Shown piece after piece: positions 50,405 through 62,769 of a stretch of 64,000 nt of DNA. The translations under genes were made by a program, and so were the position numbers. The stretch is from Lama glama (taxonomy: Eukaryota). Under the pieces are notes generated by a model. It saw nothing but the letters and a program-made list of their open reading frames with translations, had not been told where the DNA came from and did not search any database. How positions within the stretch are numbered: the stretch's first letter is position 1; the number at the start of each line of letters is the position of its first letter. The stretch covers positions 77,812,001 through 77,876,000 of the forward strand of contig CM052816.1 in the NCBI GenBank assembly GCA_028534125.1, given 5' to 3'.

Positions 50405-50479
50405 CATGATGGCCAGTTGTGTATGGAAGGAGGAGGCGTTAGGAAGGGATTGCTGGTGTTGTTATTTTCCAAACACCGT

Positions 50480-51480
50480 AAGTTAGACAGGCTTGAAGCA
50501 CACAAGAAATAGCAAGAAGGCCAACACAGCTGGAGCAGAGAAAGAGAGGGGGCCGTGGGAAAATGAGGCATGACTTGGACTTCATTTCAGGTGTGATGAG
50601 GCACCACTGGTGGTAGGGGTTTGGGGAGTTTTCTGAGTGAGTTTGCCTGGGTGACTGACCAGAAGTGATTTATGTTTTAAAAGATCTGTCTGGCTGCAGT
50701 ATGGAGAATGAATTGTAGGGTGAAGGGTAGCATCAGGCTATTGAAGCTGTCCAAGTGAGAGAGGGTGGTGGCTTGTGCTAGGTGCGATGCATGGGAGATG
50801 GAAAGAAGAGGACAGTTTTAGGACAACTGGTCTACACTGAGTTGCTGATGCAATGAACATGGGAGGTGAGTTAAGAGAGGCATCAATTGGATAAAGAAGA
50901 TGTGGCATATGTGTGCAATGGAATATTACTCAGCCGTTAAAAAGAATGAAATAATGCCATTTGCAGCAACATGGATGGAACTACAGATTATAATACTAAG
51001 TAAAGTAAGTCAGAAAGAGAAAAAAAATCCATATGTCACTAATATGTGGAATCTTTTAAAATGATATAAGTAAACTTATTTACAAGACAGAAAAAGACAT
51101 CGAAAACAAATGTATGGTTACCAAAGGAGAAAGGAGGGGGAGGAAGAATAAATTAGGAGTTCTGGATTAGCAGAAACAAACTACTATATATAATAGATAA
51201 ACAACAAGTTTGTACTGTATAGCACAAGGAATTATATTCAGTATCTTGCAATAACCTATAATGAAAAAGAATTTGAAAAAATAAATGTGTATAATTGAAT
51301 CACTATGCTGTATACCAGAAACTAACACAACATTGTAAGTCAAATATACTTAAATTTTTTTTTTAAAAAAGAGGGAGAGAGAGAGACTGGTATCAAGGAT
51401 GACTCCTAGGTTTAGAGGCTGAGCCATCAGCTGGATAGACTGTGATGTCCTCTGTCTACCTGGGGAAGCCAGGGGAGGTC
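50480..51480 (-). mobile_element. L2 (antisense) split by an L1
   Basis: 'tttatgttttaaaagatctgtctggctgcagtatggagaatg'; resumes at 'tcaaggatgactcctaggttt'. Confidence 0.72.
50888..51370 (+). mobile_element. L1 3' end (cetartiodactyl-type)
   Basis: 'tggataaagaagatgtgg...aatgccatttgcagcaacatggatgga...acacaacattgtaa'. Confidence 0.92.
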
Positions 51481-51499
51481 AAAAGTGTTGAAAGGACTT

Positions 51500-51915
51500 C
51501 ACTGACCTCCCCCTAAAAATGGGAGTCACCCCGAAACCCTCAGCTACTCCCTGTGTCTCCCCCGTTTATCTCCCTGTGGCTTTTGTCACCATCTGTACTT
51601 GTTTTATGTATGGGCTTATTTGGTTAATGATGATCTTCCCCCCAAGACTGTTAGCACTTTGAGATCAGGGACTTTGTGTTGTTCACCAATATGTCTAGCA
51701 TCTAAAACATGCACAATAAATATCTGTTGAAAGGAAAACCAAGATAAGTTTTTTAAAATGCTAAACTTAAGCTCTAGTTACATGTTCTGGGACAAGTGAG
51801 CTGCGGAAACTCGGTCAAGCCACTGGCTCTTGCTGGGTCTCTGCTCTCATATTTACAAGGACAGCTGGCATGACATGCTTGCCAAGGTCCCTTCTAGCTC
51901 AAATATTATGTTCCT
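51500..51915 (+). mobile_element. L2 tail followed by a MIR3-like fragment
   Basis: 'cagggactttgtgttgttcacc...caataaatatctgttgaa'; 'ccaaggtcccttctagctc'. Confidence 0.6.
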
Positions 51916-53419
51916 TGATGCTCCCAGGTGAGCTAGAATCAGAAAACCAGAAAGTGGTTTCAAAGCCCTTTGAACTGAAGAAACATTTTTGACCTACAGC
52001 TTGGGAGGGAGGTTTTCCCCAGTGCCCAAGCCCTCACATCAGTAAATGGAGATACATCTACATTTCAGGGAAGCAGCGCGTCGGGTAGAACAGGCTGGGC
52101 TCATCCCCTTGGTCCTTAAGAAGGCAGGTAGCACATCACCATCAGCAGCAGCACTGAGCACGTACCCAAGGTCCCTCCCCATTTCCCCAGGCCTGTAAGT
52201 GTGGGTCATCATCAGTGCCCCCCTTTTCTTTTCCTTCAAGTCTGTTCCCATTATTCAAAGTTTGGTGAGTGGTTTACATGCAATAAGCCAGGTCATCTTT
52301 GCATTAAAAGTTACTAAGTCTGCCATCCTCTGATAATACAAGGCATGATTTTATTTTCTCCTTTCCTCCTCCCTTTTTCCAGCCCCATGTCCTAGAGGGG
52401 AACTTCGGAATGAGCCCTGTGAAGGCCATTGTTCTGTGATCTGTGGGTCTCCATGGTTCCACGTTTGGCATTCCTGAACCCAACAACTCCCTCACCCTCC
52501 AAGCTAACAGGAAAGAGTGCATGGATAAAAGAAACTGACAGATAACCTAAAACCCCACGTTAGTCATTAGTTAAAGCTTCCTAAGCTACTAACAAGAACC
52601 AGAACTCATCCTAGGAATGTTTCAAAACCTCCGCATTTAGACGACATTGGTGTAGAGTTGGAACACCATCCACTGCAGCCTCATGCCAGTGGTTGGCCCA
52701 GGCCCAAAGGAAAGCTCCAGAACACCAGGACAGAGGCCAGAGTCCTGAGCTCTGTTATCACAGCCTAGATGTACTGCTGGGGGCTCCTCTCTGCCTGTTT
52801 CTCCACACCCTGGATCCCAAGCCCTGGCCCACATCCAAACACAAGGACGCCTCTTCCACTCCACCTTCCTAACTGGACCGGACCTTTGGCCACCAATCTC
52901 TGGCTACACACTGCCTGTGTCCCTTGCCTGACATGGGTTCTGATCTACTGCGGACCACTGACACTAAGGTCCTATGGAATCAAAGGAACCAAATCTTCAC
53001 AGGTTTATCAGCTCTCCCATTTTGCATTTTTCTCCACCTTCCCAACTTGCAGTTTATCACCTGTTCCAGGTCCTTTCTTGACCCTTCTTAGGCTAGTCTG
53101 AGTCTCTTCTTAAGCTAGAGTCTCCCCTTGTGGAACTCCAGTTCCAAGGTTCCACTGAAGATGGGTGAACAGCCACACCAGTGACTGCTTTCTCTGCCAA
53201 ACACCTTCTCTTGCTTATCCTGCTTGCTTCTACATCTTTTGTTACAGAAAGATATGGCCAGGCCTTCCACATTCTCTCTACTCAGGCTTCATCCAACTTG
53301 AAGAAAAATTAACACACTTGGTAGCAGCTGCTGACTGTATAGACATGCCTTCCAGGTCTAGTCTGAACCCCCATCACCCCTTGCCCGTATCTGCAATTAT
53401 GTTTATATGTAATAACAGA

Positions 53420-54285
53420 TAACTGCCCTTGTCCCTCTATGCTTGGTTTCCTTAACTGTGATTCTGTTTAAGTAGAAGTCTGATCATATCACACCTGTGC
53501 TCAAAATCCTGCAGTTTCCCTCCCACTCATCTCAGGGTAAAAGCCAGTGTCTTCACAAAGGTCTAGAAATCCCTTCAAAGTTAGAAGTGTGTGCAGTTGT
53601 TTCTCAAACACACCAGGCAGGCTCCTGTCTCAGGGCCTTTGCACTGGCTGTTCCTTTGCCTCAGGTAGTTTCTCTGGAGAGCATGGCTCACTCACTCCTT
53701 CAAACTTTTGCTCGAATAACCTATGCAGGCCACGTCATTTACAGTTGGAGGGCCAACTGTTCTGAGCATGTCGCTCATTTACAGCTTCAAAACCTCCACC
53801 TAGTCACCCAGTCTCCCTCACCCTGCTTTTATTTTACTAAATCACATTCTAATATACTATGTAATTTACTTACCTAATACATTACTCTTTATTTGTGTCT
53901 CCTCCACTAGAGCTTAAGCTCCCACAGGAGTTTTTGTCTGTCTTGTTCAGTGATGAAGCTTCAGTGCCTAGAACACTGCCTGACACATTGTATTATTGAA
54001 TTGATTAATTAATCCATTAATTAATAAAAGGTTCATCAGTATTTACAAGTGCCAACCCTGGTCTTACCATTGGGTTTGAATTTCCGATTTTCTACTTCTA
54101 CTAACTGTGTGATTTCCAGCAATTTATTTAACTATTTTATACCAGCTTATCCATCTGCAAAGAAAATGGGGGAAAAGAAAATAATTGTAACTAACTTCAT
54201 AGGACTGTCAATGAGAAAACTTATAAAGTGTGCTTAGCACAGTGCCTGGAATACAGAAAGAACTATGGATGGTATTTATTATCCT
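53420..54285 (+). mobile_element. L2a 3' end (to about 54020) followed by MIR (about 54055-54285)
   Basis: 'ctcagggcctttgcactggctgttcct...cagtgcctagaacactgcctgacaca'; 'aaagtgtgcttagcacagtgcctgg'. Confidence 0.82.
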
Positions 54286-55526
54286 CCATCCTGGTGGGTG
54301 AATTAGATTTTTGGAAATAATCAAGAAGCCACCTGGACTGAAGCCTGGTAAATAAAGTAATTGTCTCTGCTCAAGCAAGATGGGGAGATAACGCAGTATG
54401 AGCATTTCTCTTTTGTGGTTAATAAACCAGCTCTATAAAACAATTCTGGGAAAGGCAGAAAAAAAGCAACTCATGCTTTCAGCAGTGGTACTCCCCGTGT
54501 GGCCCCTTGGAAGGGCGACGCCCACTTGGCTGCATCCGACCTGACGTATTTGCTAGTCTCACAGAGTCCCAGTAGGAGACACAGAAACAGTAGAAATGGA
54601 GGCCCTCTGAGGTCCTCTGCTGTATCTCTGGTTGCAGCCACTCACTTTAGGTTGTTCTTCTGCCAAGGAAGGCCAATTACTCTCTGAGTATGTGGGTCAA
54701 GAACCTCTGGGGAGAGAGTCCCGAAGAGGCTTTACTGAGAGGATGTTGCAGAAAGTGATACCCTGATCCAGACCAAGCGGTAACCTGAGTGTTGTGATGG
54801 TGTAGAAACTCAATCTGGGGAAGAGCCATCAGAGACGGGACGGCTCATTTGCAGAACAGACTTTCTGGGGCCCCAAGGAGTGGGAGGAGGGACAGGCTCA
54901 CCCCCAAATGGCTGATGACCAGCCGTCTTGTTACAACTCTGTGGCCTTTCTCCTCTCTCCTCAACTCTGGCAGCTCAAGGAGGTGGGTAGGGGGAGGCAG
55001 GGGCAGCCCAGAGAGACACACTCAACCGTGCCACCAGAAGAGATACAAAGTGTTGGGCTCTTCCACTCCAGCTGTGCCCGCGTCCCTCTCCAGGACCAAG
55101 CATATGCTTCAAATTGTATTCAAGGCTCAAGGAGGGGACCTTAGAGATGGTCCCTCTTCATTTTACAGAGGAAGGAGCTGAGGCCCAGAGAGAAGGATGT
55201 GCAGGTGGCCAACAAAATTGGTGGCCCATCTGTATCACTTCAGCCTACCCTAAACGTCACCTGCAGACAGTCTCCTACCTGCATCTCCCTGCCTGAGAAT
55301 GGCCTCTGGCCTCATGAGCACGCTCAGCCGGCCAGCAGAACAGGCCAGACGTGCCAGGGTGTTAACACTGCTAACACCTAGAAGTGATACTCCACCTACC
55401 GGGGGGGTGCTCATTTCAAGGCGTGCCTTGAAGTTTCTTAGAGACACATTTTCTCATCCAGTTCAGGCCCTAAATATTAAAATCATCAGGGAAAATACTT
55501 TCATATTCAAACAAGAAGTGCTAAGC

Positions 55527-56065
55527 TGGAGGTTTTAACCATTTTTGTTCCCTTGGACTCTTCTGGCAATCTGGTAAAGACTGTGGACCTCTCTTCCGGA
55601 GAATTTTTTTTTTTAATGCACACAATAAAATATATAGGATCTATATAAAAATATATAAAATATAAGGGCATGAATTATGTTTAAAGACAGTTATTAAAAT
55701 AATTTTAAAATAATTTTGTGATATCAAAATTTGCAGATGCCTTTATTTTAACACAACAAATAATAAGATCTAAAGGAGTCTCATAATTACCATAAGTTGA
55801 AAGTAGCAATAAGTATAAAAAGTTTCTACAACAGCTGTGATACGATATGAAAATATGTGATTTCTGTTGTTGATGAAGTCATAGGCACTGTCAATACCAC
55901 TGTGGTGTTGCCTACATTCATAACTGAAGGAAATGGTCACATTCAGTTAAAAGTTGGAGAGTAAAGATGTATTTCCCAAAGTTAGAGGTTTTTCCATCCA
56001 AGTTCACAGATCCCCCGAATTCTCTACATGAACCTCTATGAACACCAGATACATTAGGAGCCCTG
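55527..56065. mobile_element. MER119-like hAT-Charlie element
   Basis: 'ggcaatctggtaaagactgtggacc...aataccactgtggtgttgcctacattcataactgaagg...ccatccaagttcacagatcccc'. Confidence 0.75.
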
Positions 56066-56289
56066 TGCAGGAGGATCTATGTGAGACTTGCTAACTGGTG
56101 ACTCAAAATTGGCTCAATGGCCCCTTGAACTTCAGTTCCCTTTCTGAACAACTCCTTCCTAAAGCCATTAGTTGGGGCAGAGCGAGGTAGTTCAGCAGGG
56201 ATAGAGGAAGCCACAGTGGCTCAGAGTGGGGTATCAGAGTTTAAACAGAGTGAAGGGGGTGGCTCTGTTGGGGAGTGGATGGCAGCAGA

Positions 56290-57547
56290 CATGGGAGATG
56301 GATTATATACAAAGGCACTGTTCAAATCAATAAATGTATTACTAATGAAAGCCAAGTTTCTCATTGTTAAAAAAAAAAAAAGACAGTTACAGAGAGGGGG
56401 AAAGCTAGAATGAGCCCTGGTGTTGGATTACAACTGGAGACATCTGTGCAAATTCAGAGTTCTTAACAGAGAATGTGTACACACACGCTCTAGCTCTGGA
56501 TATTCAGAGGGCCTGGGAGCAGCGATACCCAGTAACAATGGGCACACCTCGCACAGAGACCTTGGCTTCTAAATACTATTCTCTACTAAAAGGGACCAGA
56601 GTTCCTTGGAGAAATGACTGACTTCAGGGCTGGAGCAAAGAAAGTTCTAAAGCATCTTATTGTGCCAGAAAGCACTCAAAGAATGATAGAGTTCATGTAT
56701 GAGGAATAAAGAAGCCAGCTTGAATGTGATCCCACTGGCCCAAACAGGGACAATTTGAGCATCAAAATAAATAAGAAGAATTAAAATTCCTACGGTATAA
56801 ATGGGAAACCATGCGTCTGCACAGATATAAACAAACAGCTGAATCCACTGAATGTTTGATAAGGGATGAGATGTTTATACAGTTTCAAAACAGCTCCCCA
56901 CAAAATACGTATCAATTACACAGGGAAAAAGAGTAACTTTACAGTGGGAAAGCTTAGAAGACACCAACTTAATCAAGTAATCAAAGGTAACACCACCAGG
57001 AACAGCATAAAGAGGCATCTGTGCCACTTGGCAAGATGCAATGAAAAGCACATAACCTAAGTGCTGCGCTATTCCTGCCAAAAATGCATAGTCTGAATAT
57101 AATCACGAGGGAACATCAGACATATAGGTTGAGGGACGTGCTACAAAATATTGGCCAGTGAACTTCAAAGTGCCAAGGTGTATTCCAGACCGAAGGAGGT
57201 CTAAGAGACATGACAACCAAATGCAGCCTGTGATTCTGAATTCTATCCTTTCGCTTTGAGGACATTAGTAGGATAACTGGCAAAACTTGAATGGGGGGGT
57301 GTGAGAGAGGATAGCAAGGTACTGGTACTAGTTTCCTGATTTTGATGGTTGAATTGTGGTCACACAGGAAAGTGGGGTTTTTTTTGTTTTTTTGTTTTTT
57401 GTTTTTGTAGGAAACATCCTCTAAAAGACTCCAGGGTGATAGGATACAAGTTGGAAATTTACTCTGAAAAGGTTCAGAGGGGAAAACGTTCTTTGCATTG
57501 CTCTTCCAATTGTTTTTAAGTTTGGGATTGCTTCAAAATTTGAAAAG
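56290..57547 (+). mobile_element. L1MC4-like ancient L1 3' UTR
   Basis: 'aaagccaagtttctcattgtt', 'cagagttccttggagaaatgactga', 'ctaagagacatgacaaccaaatgca', 'tttcctgattttgatggtt'. Confidence 0.8.
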
Positions 57548-58203
57548 AGCAGGAGAGGCTGGCTTTGTGCCCTGTAGTCCATCATCTACCTTCAGTTAAA
57601 GCAGAAGAGAAAATAAAAGTAGTCAAAGGAAGATTGGGGAGCATGGGTTTCTTTGAACAGAGTTGTGACCTTATATTTAGAGAGTCTCGTTCCTTTCAGT
57701 TGAGAGGCGGGAAGAGACATTCCCTACTCCCACCAAGCCTTACAGGATGGATGGATATGCCCGAAAGAGAAACTAACGTTCACCCCCATCAGCACGACGC
57801 TCACAGATGCAGAAACTCACAGGGTCACCTAGCACAAAACCCAGAGCAGGACATTGAAGAGGTTTGAGCATGGCCTGCCCTTCCAGAGGTGGGGGGCAAA
57901 GGATACAAGAGAGCTGCCAGGAGCAGCTGACATCATGGAGGACAGCTATACTTGAGCCACCTTGAAAGGACCCAACCCCAAGGGACGGTGAGCCCACACA
58001 ACCAGAAGCTTGGAGGGAGAGGGAGGTCGGATGTAGGAAGAGGGGAACTATACGTGGTCACTAGGAGGGTGAGCCCCCAAGTCAGGGGATGAGACGGGTG
58101 ACAGTGCCTGACACCCCTTTAGGGTAAGGAGCTCTCTTAAGATCTAAAAGCATTCCAAAAGAGAGCATCAGTTTTTGAGTATCCGACACCCAGAAGGCAT
58201 CAC

Positions 58204-58260
58204 CTCCAGAATACAACTGTGTTAATATCAGGCTAAAACCACAAAGAACCAGCAGCAGCA
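58204..58260 (-). other. Candidate exon (strong 3' splice site, weak donor)
   Basis: Minus strand: AG-free pyrimidine tract 'tttctttctcattgtttctttcctcttttgccgcttacag', then 57 nt to GAG|gtgatg. Confidence 0.3.
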
Positions 58261-59022
58261 CTGTAAGCGGCAAAAGAGGAAAGAAACAATGAGAAAGAAA
58301 TTATAGGAAAAGCACACCCTACCCTTCCCCACTGCAAGTTTCCAAGGCTGGGTCAGACCTAGAAGTTCTGAATCAGAGGAACACCTGAAACTTTGATGTG
58401 GATCACAGTGTTTTCCCACCAGAAAGCAAGACTGAAATAGCTGAAAGTGACCAGACATCTATGGAATCTTCCAGGGACAGAGAAGAAAAAGCCAAAAGAA
58501 CCTGTTTGAAAAGAATGGTGAGTAGGAAAAACATGACTCTCTGCTTCTCCCCACCAAGTCTAGCAGCCCATTCCACCCGCTGGTTACACGTGTTATCCTG
58601 TTGAGTTCTCATGACACCCTATGAAGGTAGCCTTCATTGTAAGCCTGACTGAAAGGGACTGAGTGCAGGCAACTGGGTGCCAAGTCAGGGCACCCAGTGT
58701 GCCAGCCTTCCCAAAAGCCAGGGCATTGCTCTGCATCACCAATTCACACGTGGATAATGAATGAGAGGACGCTAACAGGCAAGCCAGTAGGTGGGTAGCA
58801 GAAACCAACAGAGGATACTACAAAGCACAGTTACAGGGAATTTGCTTTGCTTTGTAGAGGATTCCCCGGGAAAACCACAGCTACAGGGAGGATTAACAGT
58901 CAGGGATGGGGTGGTTCTTCCAGTGCAGAGACAGAAAATACATTGTGAAAGCTAAAAGCCCGGCAGAGAAAAGCCCACACCAAGGATGTTCGTGAACCGA
59001 GATTCTGTTTATTCGCCCATCG

Positions 59023-59173
59023 CAGTGGTTCTTAATCTTGCTTGTACACTAGAATCACCTGGGAACTTTTTAAAATCCTGATGCCTCGGCCCTAACCTCA
59101 AAGACTCTAGGCATGGGAATTTTTGTAAAGCTCGCTGGGTGATTCTAATATGCAGCCCAGGTTGAGAACCAGG
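59023..59173. mobile_element. MER5B-like hAT-Charlie element
   Basis: 'cagtggttcttaatcttg...agaatcacctggg...gtgattctaatatgcagcccaggttgagaacca'. Confidence 0.85.
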
Positions 59174-59213
59174 GCTTGATTGCAATGGATTTTGTTCCTT
59201 CAGTTTGAGGGGG

Positions 59214-59313
59214 NNNNNNNNNNNNNNNNNNNNNNNNNNNNNNNNNNNNNNNNNNNNNNNNNNNNNNNNNNNNNNNNNNNNNNNNNNNNNNNNNNNNNNN
59301 NNNNNNNNNNNNN
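59214..59313. other. Assembly gap (100 N, probably a placeholder of unknown size)
   Basis: Run of n. Confidence 1.
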
Positions 59314-59510
59314 AAAGTAACTTGTATGAAATACAAAGATACTAATGAACATCAAGGCATAGCTTCATTTGCTAGGTATTAGTACAGAGAGATAAAAGGG
59401 ATAGACCCATCTTCCTGGTGCTAGTGGTAACGTTTCTTTTTGCATTTATTTAGAAGTGTTTTTCCTGCATTTGGAGGAGATGATCATCAGTTCATCTTAT
59501 CTACACTTAC

Positions 59511-59543
59511 CTGGTCCTCCTTGCAAACAAACACACACGGTAG
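59511..59543 (-). other. Candidate 33-nt exon
   Basis: Minus strand: branch-like CTAAT, AG-free U-rich tract, cag|CTACCG...GACCAG|gtaagt (consensus donor). Confidence 0.45.
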
Positions 59544-59830
59544 CTGTGTGATCATTAAATATACAAGAAGTCACAAAAAAGAGCAAAGCCATTAGACCCA
59601 CCAGGTGAGTGAACTCGGGGACTTTGTTTCATGTAAACTGTCTGGAACCAGCCAAACCCCCACAATACAGTGTTTCCATCCACCCCTGACATTAGTGTTT
59701 CAATAAAAACAGAAAATAGGCAGTTAGGTGAGTCTTCCTTTTAAGGGACTTTTACACTATTTAACTCCAATGTCACTTTCAAGTACCACTCCCTGTTTTA
59801 ACATTTCCCCATTACTCACATTAAAATGTC

Positions 59831-60112
59831 TGTCAGCCGCGGGAGGCTAAGAGAGGGATTCGAGGAGGTGAGCTGCCCAACTGGAAAAAAGCGCGAGGAG
59901 CCGACATAATGCGTGAGGAACCAACCTGGAGCAAAACAGCACTCTCTTGCAGTAAAGGCAGGCGGCGCGCGCGCTCAGGTGTACGCACTAGGCCTTTTAT
60001 TATGCCCGCGCATGCGTATTGTTCAAAGTGCTTACTCATGCAGTTAGCGCATGCGTATTGTTCATAATGCGTACGCATGCTACTAGCGCATGCGCACATT
60101 TACTTCTTACCG
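59831..60112. promoter_or_regulatory. CpG micro-island with periodic NRF1-type motifs (candidate promoter)
   Basis: About 23 CpG in about 280 bp by manual count, in an otherwise CpG-depleted window; GCGCATGCG at 60008, 60047 and 60086. Confidence 0.6.
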
Positions 60113-60927
60113 TATGCAAGTTATAGTGAACTTTGGCCTGGTCCCACAGCCTACTCAAGACTGCTGACAAGGTCCATATTCCTCCACTTGAGGGCCAAGG
60201 TCCTTCACAATCTATTTCCAACTTAACTTTCAACCTTTACTTTGCTCTCCCCATCCCACTCCAGAACAAATTATTTTTCATAACCATTAAGTCCACACAC
60301 TATCCCAAACTTCCTAAAGCCTCCCTTTTTTCATTCCATGTGCTTTTATCTTCATTAAAAAAATCATTATTATTATTTCATTTAAAAATCATTTTTAAAA
60401 AATCATTATTAACTAATTAATTTTCCTACTGAATATAAGTGTTTCATCTTAAATGGAAGCAAGAACTATGCATTTAAATAACCACAGATACATATAATTG
60501 TCTTTTCTACTAATAAAAAGACAATGCCGATCACATTAGCAACAAGCATGAGGACAGATTCTTTTCACTGTGGCTCCAGTCCTTCACCCCTCTCTGCATC
60601 CTCAGCGAGTTTCAGGATGGTTTGTTATACACGTCGTTGTGGCAGTAGATAAATGATACAAGTGCTATACTAAAACCTACATAGCAACAATTTAAGTGAA
60701 AACAACTGAGCAAAGACTAGGCTGCGAGACCCATGGGGGCAGGGACTATGTTGGGTTCACCACTGCAAGGCACAGGGGCAGTCGCAGGTACTCCATAATA
60801 CGTGCCGGATGAAGAAAACATCTGGCTGTAACATATCCTATGCTGTAACAGTTCTCAGAATGGTCCTAAAATCACTAACTTCCAAACTTTTCAAAACATA
60901 ACTGACCCACTACTATCATTTACTTAC

Positions 60928-61060
60928 CTTTTTTCCTTTCCAAGTCAAAATCGTCAGCCAGCGCACATAAACCACACAGTAAAAAGGGTTTCCGTAAAAG
61001 ACTTCCCCCAAGCACGCCGATGACTCTTTGTCCCATCATATAAAGTCATTTCTCTCCAGC
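60928..61060 (-). other. Candidate exon ending at consensus donor AAG|gtaagt (upstream boundary unknown)
   Basis: Forward 'tacttacctt' at 60921-60930; non-repeat sequence with several retained CpGs. Confidence 0.35.
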
Positions 61061-61777
61061 TGCCAGGCTGCTTCTGCAAGAGCTAAAGCCTAGCCAGTTA
61101 CAGTAGCTGGTATAAAAGCTAATCTTAGAAAACACACATCACTTCTCCAACCCTGTAATTAAGACCAGAAATCTGTAACCGAGACATTCATAAAACTGGG
61201 ATTTCCGAGTGCCAGCTTTGCCTTAGAGTTCTGCACAATGGGCCAGATTTGGGGAATGCTGCCCAGAATAATCTGATGGGTAGGAGAATGGGCTTCTGGA
61301 TGGTCAACGGCCAATGGGAGCAGACCCAAGGTGGTACTTTCCAAATCCTTTTCTAGTTCATGGCTCAGCACTTCTGTGTCCACATTTCATCATTATTAAG
61401 AGCCAGGACTAACCAACTATTAGCAAATCTGTAATAGAAGAACAAATTTTTATGGACAAGGTTAGTAATTTTTTGGTTCTGGGAGTTCTGTCTTTATTAA
61501 TGTCTCTAGTGGCTAGTTGTCAATGAGAAGGCTTTTACTTTCTCAGAAGGATGTTTCTATTCCACCAATTTTATCTTTCACAGAAGGGACGAGTTTCAAC
61601 CAACTGTTTCCAGTCCTCCTACTTGGATTCAAGTCAGAGAGGGTTATTAAATTTAGGTAGACAATGCTTATTACTAAGTTCTGATTTATTAACATGCTTA
61701 GTTAGACACAGCCGTAACAAGGACTGGGAAACTACAGCCTGTCCTTTCCCCAGAGCAAACACATATATATGCTTTAC

Positions 61778-61951
61778 CTCTGACTGCGTTTGTCTGGACC
61801 AAAGCGCTAATATTGGCAGGTCATCCTTGAATACACTTTAGGAGTCTGTCTCTTTGATACAGCCAGAGGGTAGTACCGCCATATCCACATATGTCTTCAA
61901 TTGCTGAGATATTCTTTTCCCACCACTTCCCACTGTGGAGAATTTTTCAAT
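61778..61951 (-). other. Candidate non-coding exon
   Basis: Acceptor 'ctcctctctgatattaaacag' and donor GAG|gtaaag; stops in all three frames. Confidence 0.25.
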
Positions 61952-62214
61952 CTGTTTAATATCAGAGAGGAGCCAGGTTACTATTTTGGGTTTAACTATG
62001 AAATATTTATTAAGTTCTGACTTACCAAGAGCTATTTGAAACCCCAGGGCCTTAGAATTGTATCATTTATATAAAGATAGACCCAGAAATTGATCAGGTA
62101 ATGGGATGGGGAAAGGTCACCCTGATTTGAAGGAATGGCAGATCAGAGAGACTGGATTATAAGAACCTAAAGGGCAGGAAGGGCCACTTTTGAGTGCTTC
62201 ATTCACTTCTATGG

Positions 62215-62350
62215 ACGTAAAATGTGAAAACTGGAAAGTACTTTAGGGAGCATATATTGCAAATTTTGCATTTTATATGAGGAAACTGAGGCCCAGAGAG
62301 TTTAAGTGATCTACCCAAGGTCACACAGCAACTCAAGGGAAGAATCGAAA
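62215..62350 (-). mobile_element. MIR fragment
   Basis: 'tgaggaaactgaggcccagagagtttaagtgatctacccaaggtcacacagc'. Confidence 0.85.
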
Positions 62351-62564
62351 TAGATTTTTTTCACTCTTGTTAAAATTCTAGCAAGTAACCATGAGTCCCA
62401 CTTACAAAGACAGGGCAGGATTACAGGGCTTGGTGTTGTAGTTACAAGGCAGAGTGCAGAATCTCAACTGTTCTTGCCTCTGGGGCCCAAGCTCAGTGCA
62501 CTCATACCAGTAGCATTTCTCGCTTTACATTAGCTCTCCATGGTGGAGAATCCATGATTTAGAG

Positions 62565-62769
62565 CAAGGGTTCTCAACCTCTGCACTACTGACATTTTGG
62601 TATGGATAACTCTTTGTTGGGTGGCAGTGAGGGTCTGTCCTGTGCATTATAAAATGTCTTGCAGCATCCCTGGCCTCTACCCACTACATGCCAGGAGCAG
62701 CCAGTCTGGCTCTCCAGACATTGCCACATGTCCAATAGGGAGCAAAATCGTCCCAGTTTAGAACCACTG
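62565..62769 (-). mobile_element. MER20 (hAT-Charlie)
   Basis: Termini caagggttctcaacc...agaaccactg; 8-bp TSD atttagag (62557-62564) / atttaaag (62770-62777). Confidence 0.92.
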
